IMG/VR virus record: IMGVR_UViG_3300020043_002456
Span: 1 to 35,486 of that record
Origin: a virus
Taxonomy: Duplodnaviria > Caudoviricetes
Direction: 5' to 3' (one strand)
Length of the DNA: 35,486 nucleotides
In this document: in pieces, positions 18,016-27,222 of the stretch
Layout: every line of letters starts with the position of its first letter
Numbering within the stretch: the first letter of the stretch is position 1
Made by a program: the position numbers and the translations under genes
The notes under the pieces: generated by a model
The model's input: the letters and a program-made list of their open reading frames with translations, nothing else
Told to the model about the DNA's origin: nothing
The model's database searches: none

Positions 18016-19474
18016 TGAGCAAATTTATAACAAAATCTTGATGCCATTTATTATTTTGTTTCTTGTACTTCTTGCACCAAATAGACAACTGTTCCCCCGC
18101 CATCTTAACTGAATGTTCGTGGTTAGTGATAGGCAAATGTTTGAATTCATATTGAATAATATGGTCGCAAATTTTGTGCAAAACTGCGTAAGGTTTCCAA
18201 CTGCGCTCCTCGGCTAATTGGAATAGGTGTTCTGTTGGTATATTCATTGGTTTTTCTCTTGTTAGTTTAACGAGTTGTTGTATCTTTTCTTCTCCTTCTT
18301 GTGCTTTTCTTTCTTGCTCAAAATCATGTCCGCAATTCTCACATTGCACTTTTCTTGTGTGTTGCAAATGACCACAATTTGGACACTCTTTAACAGGTGA
18401 CATTCCTGCACTTGAATTTTCTTTTTTAGTGCCTTTTCTAAAATATGTTTGCCAATCAAAATAATCTGTGTATTGTCCATGTCTTATGGTGTTTTTGCCC
18501 AAATCAATCACGGTAAATTTATCCTTATCTGTGTGCAACCGTGACCCTCGGCCAATCATTTGCAAGTATAATGACAATGACTTGGTGGCTCTGTTAAGTA
18601 TTACCGTTTCAATACTTGGCTCATCAAATCCAGCGGTCAACACACCTACATTGCAGATGATAGCATCACGTTCCAATTTAAAATTCTGCAATATCTCGGC
18701 ACGTTCTTTTTTTTCTGTTTCGCCTGTTAACTTATACACGTTCAATCCTTCCGAAAGTAAGGCATAGTAAACGGCATCATTGTGTTTTAGATTAACGTTA
18801 AATATCAGCGTTTTTTTGCCTGCCGATAATTTCCAATAACTTTCAATCACATTTGCAACCATTTTCTCGCTTGAATAAAACTCCTCCATTTGTGCTTCAT
18901 CAAAATCACCGCCCTTGACCTTAAATTTTTGCGCACCAACCAAATCACTGGCAAAACCATAGGCATCACAATTCAATAAGTAATTATCATTAATCAAATC
19001 AGTAATGGTCACAGGTTGCAATAATTCAGCGTAATAGTTAGCCAATGGATGTTCAGCAATGGGAGTCGCAGTAACACCTAATACTTTGCAATGTTCTTGC
19101 TCAAAAAATGGCATCTTTTTAAAATTACCGATGTGGCACTCATCAATAATGACCAAACCAAATTTAGGCATTATTTTCAACCGCCTGTTCACCGTTTCAA
19201 CCATCCCCACATAATAAGCATAGTCACCGGGTATTGACTTAATGCCTGCCTCAATTAAAAAACAACGCTCTCCTAAACTTTCTTTAGCTTGTTGTAATAG
19301 TTCTTGCCTATGCACTAAAATAAGCACGCTTGTGATGTTTACAGCATAGTGCCTTTTAGCGACCTCGCAAAATGTGTAGGTCTTGCCACTTCCTGTTGGC
19401 ATTTGGAGTGCAACATTCTTGTTTTGGTTGCTCTCAATTAACGTAATTGCTTTTTTTTGGTATTCTCTTAACAT
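17984..19474 (-). CDS. SF2 DEAD/DEAH-type helicase with C-terminal zinc ribbon
   Basis: LREYQ, MPTGSGKT, DECH, TATP, GFDEP, QMIGRGSR; CPNC...CENC. Confidence 0.93.
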   Translation of the reverse strand: MLREYQKKAITLIESNQNKNVALQMPTGSGKTYTFCEVAKRHYAVNITSVLILVHRQELLQQAKESLGERCFLIEAGIKSIPGDYAYYVGMVETVNRRLKIMPKFGLVIIDECHIGNFKKMPFFEQEHCKVLGVTATPIAEHPLANYYAELLQPVTITDLINDNYLLNCDAYGFASDLVGAQKFKVKGGDFDEAQMEEFYSSEKMVANVIESYWKLSAGKKTLIFNVNLKHNDAVYYALLSEGLNVYKLTGETEKKERAEILQNFKLERDAIICNVGVLTAGFDEPSIETVILNRATKSLSLYLQMIGRGSRLHTDKDKFTVIDLGKNTIRHGQYTDYFDWQTYFRKGTKKENSSAGMSPVKECPNCGHLQHTRKVQCENCGHDFEQERKAQEGEEKIQQLVKLTREKPMNIPTEHLFQLAEERSWKPYAVLHKICDHIIQYEFKHLPITNHEHSVKMAGEQLSIWCKKYKKQNNKWHQDFVINLLNEKRKKVIGG

Positions 19475-19718
19475 TGTTACACTTGTTACATTTGTTTCAC
19501 TTAATTTTTTCATGCGTAACATTGACTTCTATTGATTTGTTACAGATGTTACACATTATTACACATAATTTACTACATATCATACACACACACGCACACA
19601 CGCACACACACGCACACATATTTTTATTCCTATAACATTTCAAAAACGATGTGTAAACACGTAACGTGTAACATTTATAATATATCATCTTGAATATCAA
19701 TAAAGTAACTTGTTACAC
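19475..19718. repeat. Putative replication origin: GTTACA/TGTAAC repeats around a CA-rich microsatellite
   Basis: Multiple TGTTACA then inverted GTAAC/TGTAAC copies flanking catacacacacacgcacacacgcacacacacgcacacata (19581-19620), between primase and helicase genes. Confidence 0.55.
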
Positions 19719-21795
19719 TTCCTTTGATTTTTACCTCATACGCCCTAATTATTTTATTTCCGCTTCTCAAAATATGCTGTTCATACCCACATTTTTTTAA
19801 TGCCTGCCCCATTCGTTTAGAGTTTGTTTTAAAACTTGGGTGCAATTTTTGGATTTCAAGCACGATGTCTGTATTGGTCATTTTTGATATAGGGTCTGGA
19901 GTCAAATACTTATTAATAACCTCAACCTCCCCCATTACTTCAATATTCTTTTCATTGGCTTTGTTCAAGTATTCAATTTGTATTTTAGTTAAAAACCATC
20001 CCTCTTTATCGGCTTTCCATTCGTTATAAAGTTCGATAAATAGTTTATCCTTATCAATGGCTAAATACGCATCAAAATCAAAGCTAATCAAATTTATGGG
20101 TATTATACGCCTGTTCCCTGTCGGGTCATTAATTACCTCGGCATCATTTGATGTTCCACCCAATACTGCCAACCTCAATAGGTCTTCACTTACTCGGCCG
20201 TATGGCATACGGATGCTAAATGTTTGTTGACTGCTCAATCTTTTTAATTTAGTAGCATCTTTTTTTGACTTCCCGCCAAACTCATCATCAACAATTAGCC
20301 ATTTCTTTGTCATTAAAATTTCACTGTCTTTGCCCTCATCTAAATTGCTTTCGGCATAAAACTTTCGCAAGTCTTTCGGTAAAAGATTTCTAAAAAATTC
20401 AGTTTTCTTGATGCCCTGCTCACCGGCAATGACCAAAATCATCAATGAGTAAGTTCCATAAGCCGACCCAATCAAACCAAGCAACCACTTTTTTAGATAA
20501 ATATCAAGGTATTGGTCAAAATTGTACACACCATCATTTTCATAGATTAACTGCTCAATCTTAAAGCACCTCTTTAACTTCTCAAATTCATTGTCGGTTT
20601 GCAAATGACTATTACTTTCAAACCAATCACGGATGGGGTTGTAGCTTATTGAATTATCCCTATTTTGTATCAAAGTAAATATCTTATCCTTGCTTATACC
20701 ATCATCAATCTTTTGCCACACCTTTGTGTAAAAATTTGCAAGCACACGGTCTGTCATTTCCTCACCATTAAATTCAAAGTTACGTGTGATTTCGTTAAAT
20801 TTAACACTATTCAATTTTATTAGTTCAACAATTTGGTCTATTTCAGTCGGCTCGCCACGTTGCTCATTTTTGATAATAAATGGCTCGGCATCCGTCAAAG
20901 GAATATTTAATTTTTCAAGTGCTTCTTTTGGGTTATCGGCTAACTTTACAATTGACTTAATTTTCTCGGTTCGTTCCGATGTTGTTTGAATTCCTGCCTG
21001 CTTAAAGATATAATAAACTGATGCAATAGAAACACCTGTTTGGCTTCGTGTCAAAGCAATGTTATAATCACGCTCGGCTTGCCTCTCATTGTACTTCTGT
21101 GATGCTTGGCATAAGGTATGAAAGTACCTGCGACCGCTTTCGCTAAATTCCGTAGCCAAGGCGAATGCAAGTCGAATGTAGTCGGCATATTCATCAAACA
21201 AATTCATCGGTGCTGCCTTGACCACCATTTCATCAAAATCAGTTTTAACAACCACCGGCTTTGGCTTCGGTTTGTCTTTTTTCTTTAAGTAGGTTTTGAA
21301 CGTTTTTGCTTTTTTGTTGATGTAAATGTCGGGGTCATAAGAAACGAAACGTAATCTGCTTGTGTCCTTGCAACTTTTATCAAGCACAATCGAATAGTTA
21401 AGCATAAAGTGATGCTCCAAACCTAAATAAGCATCAAGGTGTCGCTCACCATCTATGCGCACAAATACGGCAAACCCATTTCCCGAAAGTGAACGATGCA
21501 CGGCATACACATAAATGTCGGATTTTATTCGCTCAATGTCGATGGTTGCAATTTGGTCTTTCGCATCAATATCTAAACAAATAAAACCCGAATGTTGCAA
21601 AAGTTTGTCGGCTTTTCTTTGAGTAAACGCTCCCGAAATTGTCACGCAAGTAGTCAATTCTTTTTGCCTGCGCCCAGCACGATAGTTCAATACCTCATCT
21701 TGCCATAGGCCATTTTGTATGCCATCAAAGTAGGCATCTATTTCAATATTTTTTTCGGATTGCGTACTTTTAGCACTTTTAAAAACTGAAATCAT
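19675..21795 (-). CDS. Primase-helicase (VirE N-terminal, PriCT-2, VirE/VapE ATPase)
   Basis: SGFICLDID, RSLSGNG, KDTSRLRFVSYD; GEQGIKKT, IVDDE, RMPYGR, DPTGNRR. Confidence 0.9.
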   Translation of the reverse strand: MISVFKSAKSTQSEKNIEIDAYFDGIQNGLWQDEVLNYRAGRRQKELTTCVTISGAFTQRKADKLLQHSGFICLDIDAKDQIATIDIERIKSDIYVYAVHRSLSGNGFAVFVRIDGERHLDAYLGLEHHFMLNYSIVLDKSCKDTSRLRFVSYDPDIYINKKAKTFKTYLKKKDKPKPKPVVVKTDFDEMVVKAAPMNLFDEYADYIRLAFALATEFSESGRRYFHTLCQASQKYNERQAERDYNIALTRSQTGVSIASVYYIFKQAGIQTTSERTEKIKSIVKLADNPKEALEKLNIPLTDAEPFIIKNEQRGEPTEIDQIVELIKLNSVKFNEITRNFEFNGEEMTDRVLANFYTKVWQKIDDGISKDKIFTLIQNRDNSISYNPIRDWFESNSHLQTDNEFEKLKRCFKIEQLIYENDGVYNFDQYLDIYLKKWLLGLIGSAYGTYSLMILVIAGEQGIKKTEFFRNLLPKDLRKFYAESNLDEGKDSEILMTKKWLIVDDEFGGKSKKDATKLKRLSSQQTFSIRMPYGRVSEDLLRLAVLGGTSNDAEVINDPTGNRRIIPINLISFDFDAYLAIDKDKLFIELYNEWKADKEGWFLTKIQIEYLNKANEKNIEVMGEVEVINKYLTPDPISKMTNTDIVLEIQKLHPSFKTNSKRMGQALKKCGYEQHILRSGNKIIRAYEVKIKGSVTSYFIDIQDDIL

Positions 21796-21812
21796 ATAGG
21801 TAAAATTAAATA

Positions 21813-21894
21813 AACCCCTACCAAAGTACGCCACCCGCCAAGGGGCAATACTAAGATAGGGGTTATGTTGTTAAATCGTTTCAATTTGGCGGGT
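21813..21894 (-). promoter_or_regulatory. Structured 5' leader of primase (hairpin plus loop-pairing pseudoknot)
   Basis: Stem 21813-21832/21844-21864; loop 21833-21841 (acccgccaa) perfectly complementary to 21886-21894 (ttggcgggt). Confidence 0.6.
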
Positions 21895-21905
21895 TATTTG
21901 GTATG

Positions 21906-21913
21906 CAAATATA
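21906..21913 (-). promoter_or_regulatory. -7 promoter box TATATTTG upstream of primase leader
   Basis: TAnnTTTG match. Confidence 0.6.
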
Positions 21914-22540
21914 CTAAACAGAAATCAATTTTCCAAGTTTACTTTGCACCAACTCATGATATTCATCCAACCACTTCCGGCACTCAATCACTCTAGCAAT
22001 GATTTCTTCTTCAATGGTAACATCGCGCTTGATGTGGAATGCACCCCAACGTAAATCATCGGGTATATCATCGTAACTGATTTCAGTTCCATAGTTAGCT
22101 TCTTCTGGAGTGGTAACAAGTCCGTAAAACAGTATGAAATTCGGCTTGTTGTATAACCTCATGTAACCGCGACCTTGTAATTCGTAGTCCTTGCTGATTG
22201 GCGAAGTGATGCTATCATGTAATGACTTCATATCCCACGGTGCTTTGACATCAATAATAGTATCATGTAAATCAATATCGCACGTACCTTGGAAGTATTC
22301 ATCATGCATGCTTACAATGTTTTTCTCTGCCATCCCGAAGCCAAGTTTATCGGCTGCCATTTCTATAAGTTCGTTTTCGACCATGTTGCCTTTATCAAAG
22401 TACTTGCTGCGTATTTCTTCACGGTCATTGGCATACCATTCTTTGAGATAAGTTTGGCATGTGAGCGGTAAATTACCGCCCTTGCCGTTGCCCATAATCT
22501 TACCGATTTGGGAGCATCTGATTTTAAATAGTCTATCCAT
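21914..22540 (-). CDS. Lambda-exonuclease/YqaJ-like exonuclease
   Basis: IRCSQIGKIM, KGNMVE, GTCD...IIDVKAPWD, YELQGRGYM. Confidence 0.8.
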   Translation of the reverse strand: MDRLFKIRCSQIGKIMGNGKGGNLPLTCQTYLKEWYANDREEIRSKYFDKGNMVENELIEMAADKLGFGMAEKNIVSMHDEYFQGTCDIDLHDTIIDVKAPWDMKSLHDSITSPISKDYELQGRGYMRLYNKPNFILFYGLVTTPEEANYGTEISYDDIPDDLRWGAFHIKRDVTIEEEIIARVIECRKWLDEYHELVQSKLGKLISV

Positions 22541-23021
22541 TGGTTAATAAAGCGGCCTCCACTTCCGCTGATAAAATGTATTTTTTCTTGATTTGTTCAA
22601 CCGTTGCTGATTTCGTTTCGATGGCTTTACGCGCCTTGTCGAATGTCGGTGTGTTCAGTTCCAATGTCGGTTTAACAACTGGCTTGTTTGACACCCGAAT
22701 AGCATCGTGCTGTTCACCAAATGCTTTAACTCTTTGCACGGTTAAGATGATTTGCTTGCCTGCCCACTCCTCAATGAATGGAGTGTTTGCAAGTTTGGCT
22801 ATCTGCTTTGCATTGGTTGAATTGCATACCATCGGCTTGCACTCGGCAAATGCCACGGTCATGCACTCGGATTGGCCACCTTTGCCATCGTGTACCATTT
22901 CTTTCTTTACGCCCGAAATGGTAACTACTTTATCATTGTAGCTGCCATCTGGGTTGATTAAATCCCAACTGCCAATGTAGTTTGGATTTCTAAGAACTTT
23001 GTAGTGTGTTTTTGTTTCCAT
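22533..23021 (-). CDS. Putative single-strand annealing / recombination protein
   Basis: NYIGSWDL, KPMVCNSTN, EEWAGKQI motifs; located between exonuclease and SSB-like genes. Confidence 0.5.
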   Translation of the reverse strand: METKTHYKVLRNPNYIGSWDLINPDGSYNDKVVTISGVKKEMVHDGKGGQSECMTVAFAECKPMVCNSTNAKQIAKLANTPFIEEWAGKQIILTVQRVKAFGEQHDAIRVSNKPVVKPTLELNTPTFDKARKAIETKSATVEQIKKKYILSAEVEAALLTNG

Positions 23022-23040
23022 AGGTTATTGTTTTTAGTTG

Positions 23041-23358
23041 TTAAAATAAATCATTATTCGATGTTGTAGTCAACGGCACATTCTCTGTCCTGTCAATCTT
23101 CCAACCCTCAATGGAGTTGAAGTACTTAACGCTGCCATCCTTGCCTTGGTATTGTTTACCTCGTAAGTTGTAGCATACGGTCACGTTATCGCCAACCATG
23201 TACTTGTCAAGCATTGGGCATCTGTCCTGTGTGAATTGCACCGTAATGTGTTGTGGGTACTTGTCGGCTACGGTGATGACCATCTCACGCTTTGCGAAGT
23301 TGTCGCTAACTTGTTGCGTGTTGTAAAGTTCTCGGATTGTTCCTGTGATTGTGTTCAT
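23041..23358 (-). CDS. SSB-like OB-fold protein (DUF3127-like)
   Basis: FAKREMVI, KYPQHITVQFTQD, YFNSIEGWKI, acidic tail NDLF. Confidence 0.85.
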   Translation of the reverse strand: MNTITGTIRELYNTQQVSDNFAKREMVITVADKYPQHITVQFTQDRCPMLDKYMVGDNVTVCYNLRGKQYQGKDGSVKYFNSIEGWKIDRTENVPLTTTSNNDLF

Positions 23359-23363
23359 TGTTT

Positions 23364-23633
23364 TTAATTGTTTAAATTGATTAGTATTTCAGTTAGTAAT
23401 GCTTCGGGTAACGCATCGAATTGTTCCGATGTATATTTATACTCATGCTCTGTCCATTGCTCACCATTTGGATTGCTGTAATGCTTTGCAACCGCTTCGT
23501 AGGTGATATTGATGTCATTGTAATTAAAATGCTCGCATATCGCATCTAATAACGCCCACGGTAATGACTCGGCATCATCGGACAATTCAATGATTTCATT
23601 GTCGCTGTTGAATTTGATTATAATTTCTTTCAT
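23364..23633 (-). CDS. Hypothetical acidic protein
   Basis: 89 aa ORF, ATGA overlap with upstream gene. Confidence 0.65.
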   Translation of the reverse strand: MKEIIIKFNSDNEIIELSDDAESLPWALLDAICEHFNYNDINITYEAVAKHYSNPNGEQWTEHEYKYTSEQFDALPEALLTEILINLNN

Positions 23634-23890
23634 GGCTTTACAAGTTCGTTAAATTCAACAATAGTCTTAACTCCGCACATATTAATTCTCATGAGCTCAC
23701 GCTCGGTCAGTTCCTCAACGTTTTCGTGTCCGATTTCAACGGCCTTGTAAAGAATATTGATTAATCGTCTGCTCATTCTGTGCTTGTTGTACTCGATGAA
23801 TGATTTGAGCGGTGTTACGTGCTGTTGTGCTTTGTACTGTTGGCATATTAATAATGCCTTGTGGTATTGTTTATCGGTTATTGGTTTCAT
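23630..23890 (-). CDS. RNA polymerase alpha-CTD-like protein
   Basis: MSRRLINIL...ELTERELMRINMCGVKTIVEF resembles the alpha-CTD HhH pattern. Confidence 0.6.
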   Translation of the reverse strand: MKPITDKQYHKALLICQQYKAQQHVTPLKSFIEYNKHRMSRRLINILYKAVEIGHENVEELTERELMRINMCGVKTIVEFNELVKP

Positions 23891-24323
23891 TGTGTAGTTT
23901 TAAAGCGTTTAAGATAAAATTATTGTATTGGCTTGGCCACGATGCTTCAATGTTGGTGTCTTTTCTTAGATATGTCGTATCATCATCATCTATGAACATA
24001 CCTAATTCTTTGTTTGCCAATTCGTACCTCATTGTGCTTGTAGTGTGTCTGCTTGCCGTTATAGCAAGTACTTTATTAGTTAATACAAAGTGAACGAATT
24101 TAGGGTTGTCAATGTAGTCTTTGCCGGGAAGATGTACGGTTTCAACACCGCTTGCACATAGCTTAATGATGTCATCGTTATCTACGCTATCCCACGATGC
24201 TGTGAGTTCGCCATTGTGGTCGTAAAAGTAATAAGCATCAGTATCGCTTTCGTACTGTAATTTCTCTTCCGTGTCTGCATTGAGCCACGTTGTTAGTGTT
24301 GTTGTGATTGTTGTAATGTTCAT
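23871..24323 (-). CDS. Hypothetical protein
   Basis: ORF with A-rich leader ending CCTATG and near-consensus CATATTTG box upstream. Confidence 0.65.
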   Translation of the reverse strand: MNITTITTTLTTWLNADTEEKLQYESDTDAYYFYDHNGELTASWDSVDNDDIIKLCASGVETVHLPGKDYIDNPKFVHFVLTNKVLAITASRHTTSTMRYELANKELGMFIDDDDTTYLRKDTNIEASWPSQYNNFILNALKLHNETNNR

Positions 24324-24396
24324 AGGAATTTGGTTTTTGTTAGGGTGCAAATATGGGTTTTAATTTAATATGTATTTGTTAATATTTGTTAAAAGG

Positions 24397-24717
24397 TTAA
24401 TTTAAAACTATACCTGCTTGCAATAAGCATTGCTCAATTTCATCAATTCCTTTTTTGCCAATATGCCTAAAATTGCGCAAATCGGCTTTCGTATAATTTT
24501 TTAAATCACCAAGTTTATTAATATTATTTTGTTTCATAATATTAGTAATTTTAGAGCACAAACCTGCGTCATAAATATAAGTATTTTCATCCAAAATCAA
24601 ATGAGTAAACTTCTTATCATCCAATGCTGCTTTCATTCTATCAAGTTGCAAATAAACTTGTTTTTTATAATTGTTAACTGTTTCTATTGCTTTTAAAAAT
24701 TCTTCTTCTGTTATCAT
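24397..24717 (-). CDS. RNA polymerase alpha-CTD-like protein
   Basis: GLCSKITNIMKQNNINKLGDLKNYTKADLRNFRHIGKKGIDEIEQCL matches the alpha-CTD pattern (LSxRxxNxL...I..IGDL...DL......GxKSxxEI). Confidence 0.8.
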   Translation of the reverse strand: MITEEEFLKAIETVNNYKKQVYLQLDRMKAALDDKKFTHLILDENTYIYDAGLCSKITNIMKQNNINKLGDLKNYTKADLRNFRHIGKKGIDEIEQCLLQAGIVLN

Positions 24718-24737
24718 TTTTTATTAATTTTTAAAGG

Positions 24738-25079
24738 TTACACCTCACTCATTATAGTCACCACTCGTCTACCCGACAACATTGCCAATTCAACATTCTG
24801 CTTTATCCTGTTTCGGAACGCTTCGGCTTGGTGTACGCTTGTGAAGTCATCATCTAACTTTGACACTTTGCGCTTTAACCTTTCGACAACATCGCTGATA
24901 ATATCAACTACATCGTGAACAGTTGTGTTGTGTACCATTGCGATTTCAGTGGTAGTTAATCCGTTGTTGTATTGAAGCCACATATCCCAATGTTGAGGTT
25001 GAATGGTTGCCGGTCGGATGCTATCCCGGTACGCATCGGACACCACTCGGATTGCTTTCCTTGTTTTAGGTTTAGCCAT
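24738..25079 (-). CDS. HTH DNA-binding protein (sigma region-4-like)
   Basis: YNNGLTTTEIAMVHNTTVHDVVDIISDVVERLKRK. Confidence 0.55.
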   Translation of the reverse strand: MAKPKTRKAIRVVSDAYRDSIRPATIQPQHWDMWLQYNNGLTTTEIAMVHNTTVHDVVDIISDVVERLKRKVSKLDDDFTSVHQAEAFRNRIKQNVELAMLSGRRVVTIMSEV

Positions 25080-25266
25080 TGGCCACCTCCTTTCTCCAAT
25101 TAATCAAGTGCTGATGCAACTCATTAAAGTTGTGGCATCTACCTGGTTGTGTTAGTTTCGCACCTGCTTTTGGTTTAGTAGCTGATGCCGTTGGAATGTG
25201 GAAGAAGATAGCTTGCATCCATTCCTTTGCGCTGAATTGAGCGCGGATTTCTGTTAGTAGGTTCAT
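25072..25266 (-). CDS. Hypothetical protein
   Basis: 64 aa ORF, ACCTATG leader, overlaps next gene. Confidence 0.6.
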   Translation of the reverse strand: MNLLTEIRAQFSAKEWMQAIFFHIPTASATKPKAGAKLTQPGRCHNFNELHQHLINWRKEVANG

Positions 25267-25325
25267 AGGTTTTATTGTTGTATAAGCGTTAATAATTAGC
25301 GGGTAGCGGGTAGTTAGCGGTAATA

Positions 25326-25989
25326 CTACCCGAAATCAAGAACTGTCTGCGAAATAAAATTTTTGAACCTTGCTTCCTGTGTTTCATAGTATCGTTTATC
25401 TATTTCACATCCCACAAAATGCAACTTTCTCTTGTGTGCTGAAATCCGACTGCTTCCGCTGCCCAAATGGGTATCTAAAATCAAATTTCCACGCTCACAA
25501 AATCGGTTAAAAATCCAGTCGTATAAATAAATCGGCTTTTGCGTTAGCACCAACCCAACTCTTGGTTATTTTTCGTAACGCTCCATTATAACTTGTCCAA
25601 GCCAATTCACCGTCTGCAAAGTCATTATCGCCTGTTCCTTTATCCCAAAATAACCAAGCTCCTGTTGGCTTAAGGTATTCAGTCATATAATTTCCACCCC
25701 ACACAATTTGATTTTTAGATACCCGAAACAACTGCTCCCAATATTCAGCAGTCGGAATAGCATTATCCCAATCGTTTTCGCCTCTGTATATTTTCTTCTT
25801 ACCATTGCCAAGTTGCATTTTGTTTGCTCCAATTCCATAAGGAGGGTCAACAACAGCAAGGTCAAAAATTTTATCAGGGTACTGTTTCATAATAGCGATA
25901 CAGTCGTAATTAAACACCGTACTACCGCTAACATCGGGTATAACCAATAGCGGGTTTTCTGCTGTGTTCAAAGTTTCGTTCTCGTTCAT
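25326..25989 (-). pseudogene. N6A/N4C DNA methyltransferase (beta class), frameshifted
   Basis: DLAVVDPPYG in 25507-25989; TQKP..LY, ILDTHLGSGSS, GCEID in 25326-25553; frames meet at AACGCAAAAG (25536-25545) and the usual HP before TQKP is missing. Confidence 0.85.
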
Positions 25990-26056
25990 ATTTTTATCTA
26001 TATTTTTAAATTTGTTCTTCGTATTCCGCTACTGGTCATACCCGCAGCCGTTATGC
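25926..26056 (+). repeat. attC-like site 1
   Basis: TAAC-AT-CGGGTATAACCAATAGCGG ... CCGCTACTGGTCATACCCG-CAGCC-GTTA. Confidence 0.85.
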
Positions 26057-26062
26057 GAGATG

Positions 26063-26959
26063 CTACGAACCACACTCCGAAAAGACCTCACAGCTATCAC
26101 CACCGAGTAAGTCAATTTGATATGAATATTCATCAGCATCATTTTTTATTATTCCATTCCAATTCTTTGCTTCTTCAAGTATCTGTTTTGCACTTCTGTT
26201 GTTTCTAAAAAAAGTAATGTCTTTTGGTAGTTCCTTTCCTTCTTTTATCCATTTTTCAATTCTTTGTGGTGGGAAAAAGTTTCCATACTTTTCTTCCATC
26301 TTATCCATAAATTCAAAAAACTTCGGTGTTTCTTTCGCAATTTGGTATAGCTTCTTATCTGCTTTTTTCCAACAAGTCTTGCAGTTCCCTTGATAGCCTT
26401 TCAACTCTAATCTAAAAGGCATTGAACGCCAATAAAAATTAATCATCGGCTTTGAAGCAGGTATCATTTTTCTATTTATCAACGGATAAATAAACCCCAT
26501 TTGTTTAGCCTTTGCATTCATTCTATCTGCTTCATCAATCCTTATTCCTATTGCGGTGTGGTATTTTTCGCCATTAAACCAATCTTTACCAAACGCTGAA
26601 ATAGGAGCACCTTTTAATTCTCTTGTGCATTGTGGGTTGGCTTGGTTTGGTATTCCATACTTTGAAATCATTTGCTCAAATGGTTCTCCATTCCTACTTG
26701 CATTATCAAAGTCGGTTCTATAATACCTTGTGCCTTTTCTATATTCGTGTATTACATCGGCTTCAATCCATTGTATGTTTAGTTTGAAATGCTTATCACA
26801 TTGCTCTACAAATTCAAGAGTTTCCTCGTTTTCTTGTCCTGTGTTTGCAAATACAAATACTATGTTTTCATAGCCATATTCCTCATAGTGGTTATTAAGC
26901 CATTGAGCCATAAATGCTGATGTTTCGCCACCAGAAAACGATACTAATAAATTCTTCAT
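26063..26959 (-). CDS. PAPS reductase / adenine nucleotide alpha-hydrolase family protein
   Basis: VSFSGGETS PP-loop, FANTGQENEETL, CTRELK, GIRIDE, YPL, GNCKTCWKK. Confidence 0.85.
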   Translation of the reverse strand: MKNLLVSFSGGETSAFMAQWLNNHYEEYGYENIVFVFANTGQENEETLEFVEQCDKHFKLNIQWIEADVIHEYRKGTRYYRTDFDNASRNGEPFEQMISKYGIPNQANPQCTRELKGAPISAFGKDWFNGEKYHTAIGIRIDEADRMNAKAKQMGFIYPLINRKMIPASKPMINFYWRSMPFRLELKGYQGNCKTCWKKADKKLYQIAKETPKFFEFMDKMEEKYGNFFPPQRIEKWIKEGKELPKDITFFRNNRSAKQILEEAKNWNGIIKNDADEYSYQIDLLGGDSCEVFSECGS

Positions 26960-26994
26960 CCTAATTAAAATTTGAGTTAAGAAAGAAGCACCTC

Positions 26995-27126
26995 GCATAA
27001 CAGCACCTAACCAAAAGCAGGGGTTTACTGCTCCTAAGAAAGTTTTGTGCTATATTTAAGTTCTGTATTTCGTTCATAATTTTGTGGTTAAATTCCCTGC
27101 CTTCGGTTAGCTGCATCACGTTATAA
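26995..27126 (+). repeat. attC-like site 2
   Basis: TAAC-A-GCACCTAACCAAAAGCAGGG ... CCCTGCCTTCGGTTAGCTGC-ATCAC-GTTA. Confidence 0.85.
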
Positions 27127-27130
27127 GAAA

Positions 27131-27217
27131 TGGGGGGTGTAGCGGATTCTCGAGCCTCCCCAGCTACAGTCGGAGTTACGGTTGCGACCCGTTCAGTTTG
27201 CGTTCTAAATCCCCCCA
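27131..27217 (-). ncRNA. Candidate structured ncRNA forming the whole body of cassette 3
   Basis: GGGGGG/CCCCCC closing stem ending CCA, inner stems TTTAG/CTGAA, CGG/CCG, TGTAGC/GCTACA; GC-rich; no credible ORF. Confidence 0.5.
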
Positions 27218-27222
27218 CTATC

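Noticed and set aside
19447-19700. ORFs 19447-19635 (+) and 19497-19700 (-)
   Set aside because: Low-complexity translations of the CA tract (HTHAH / CVCAC)
27131-27217. Canonical tRNA gene
   Set aside because: No proper D-arm, 7-nt anticodon loop or GTTC T-loop; kept only as tRNA-like ncRNA candidate
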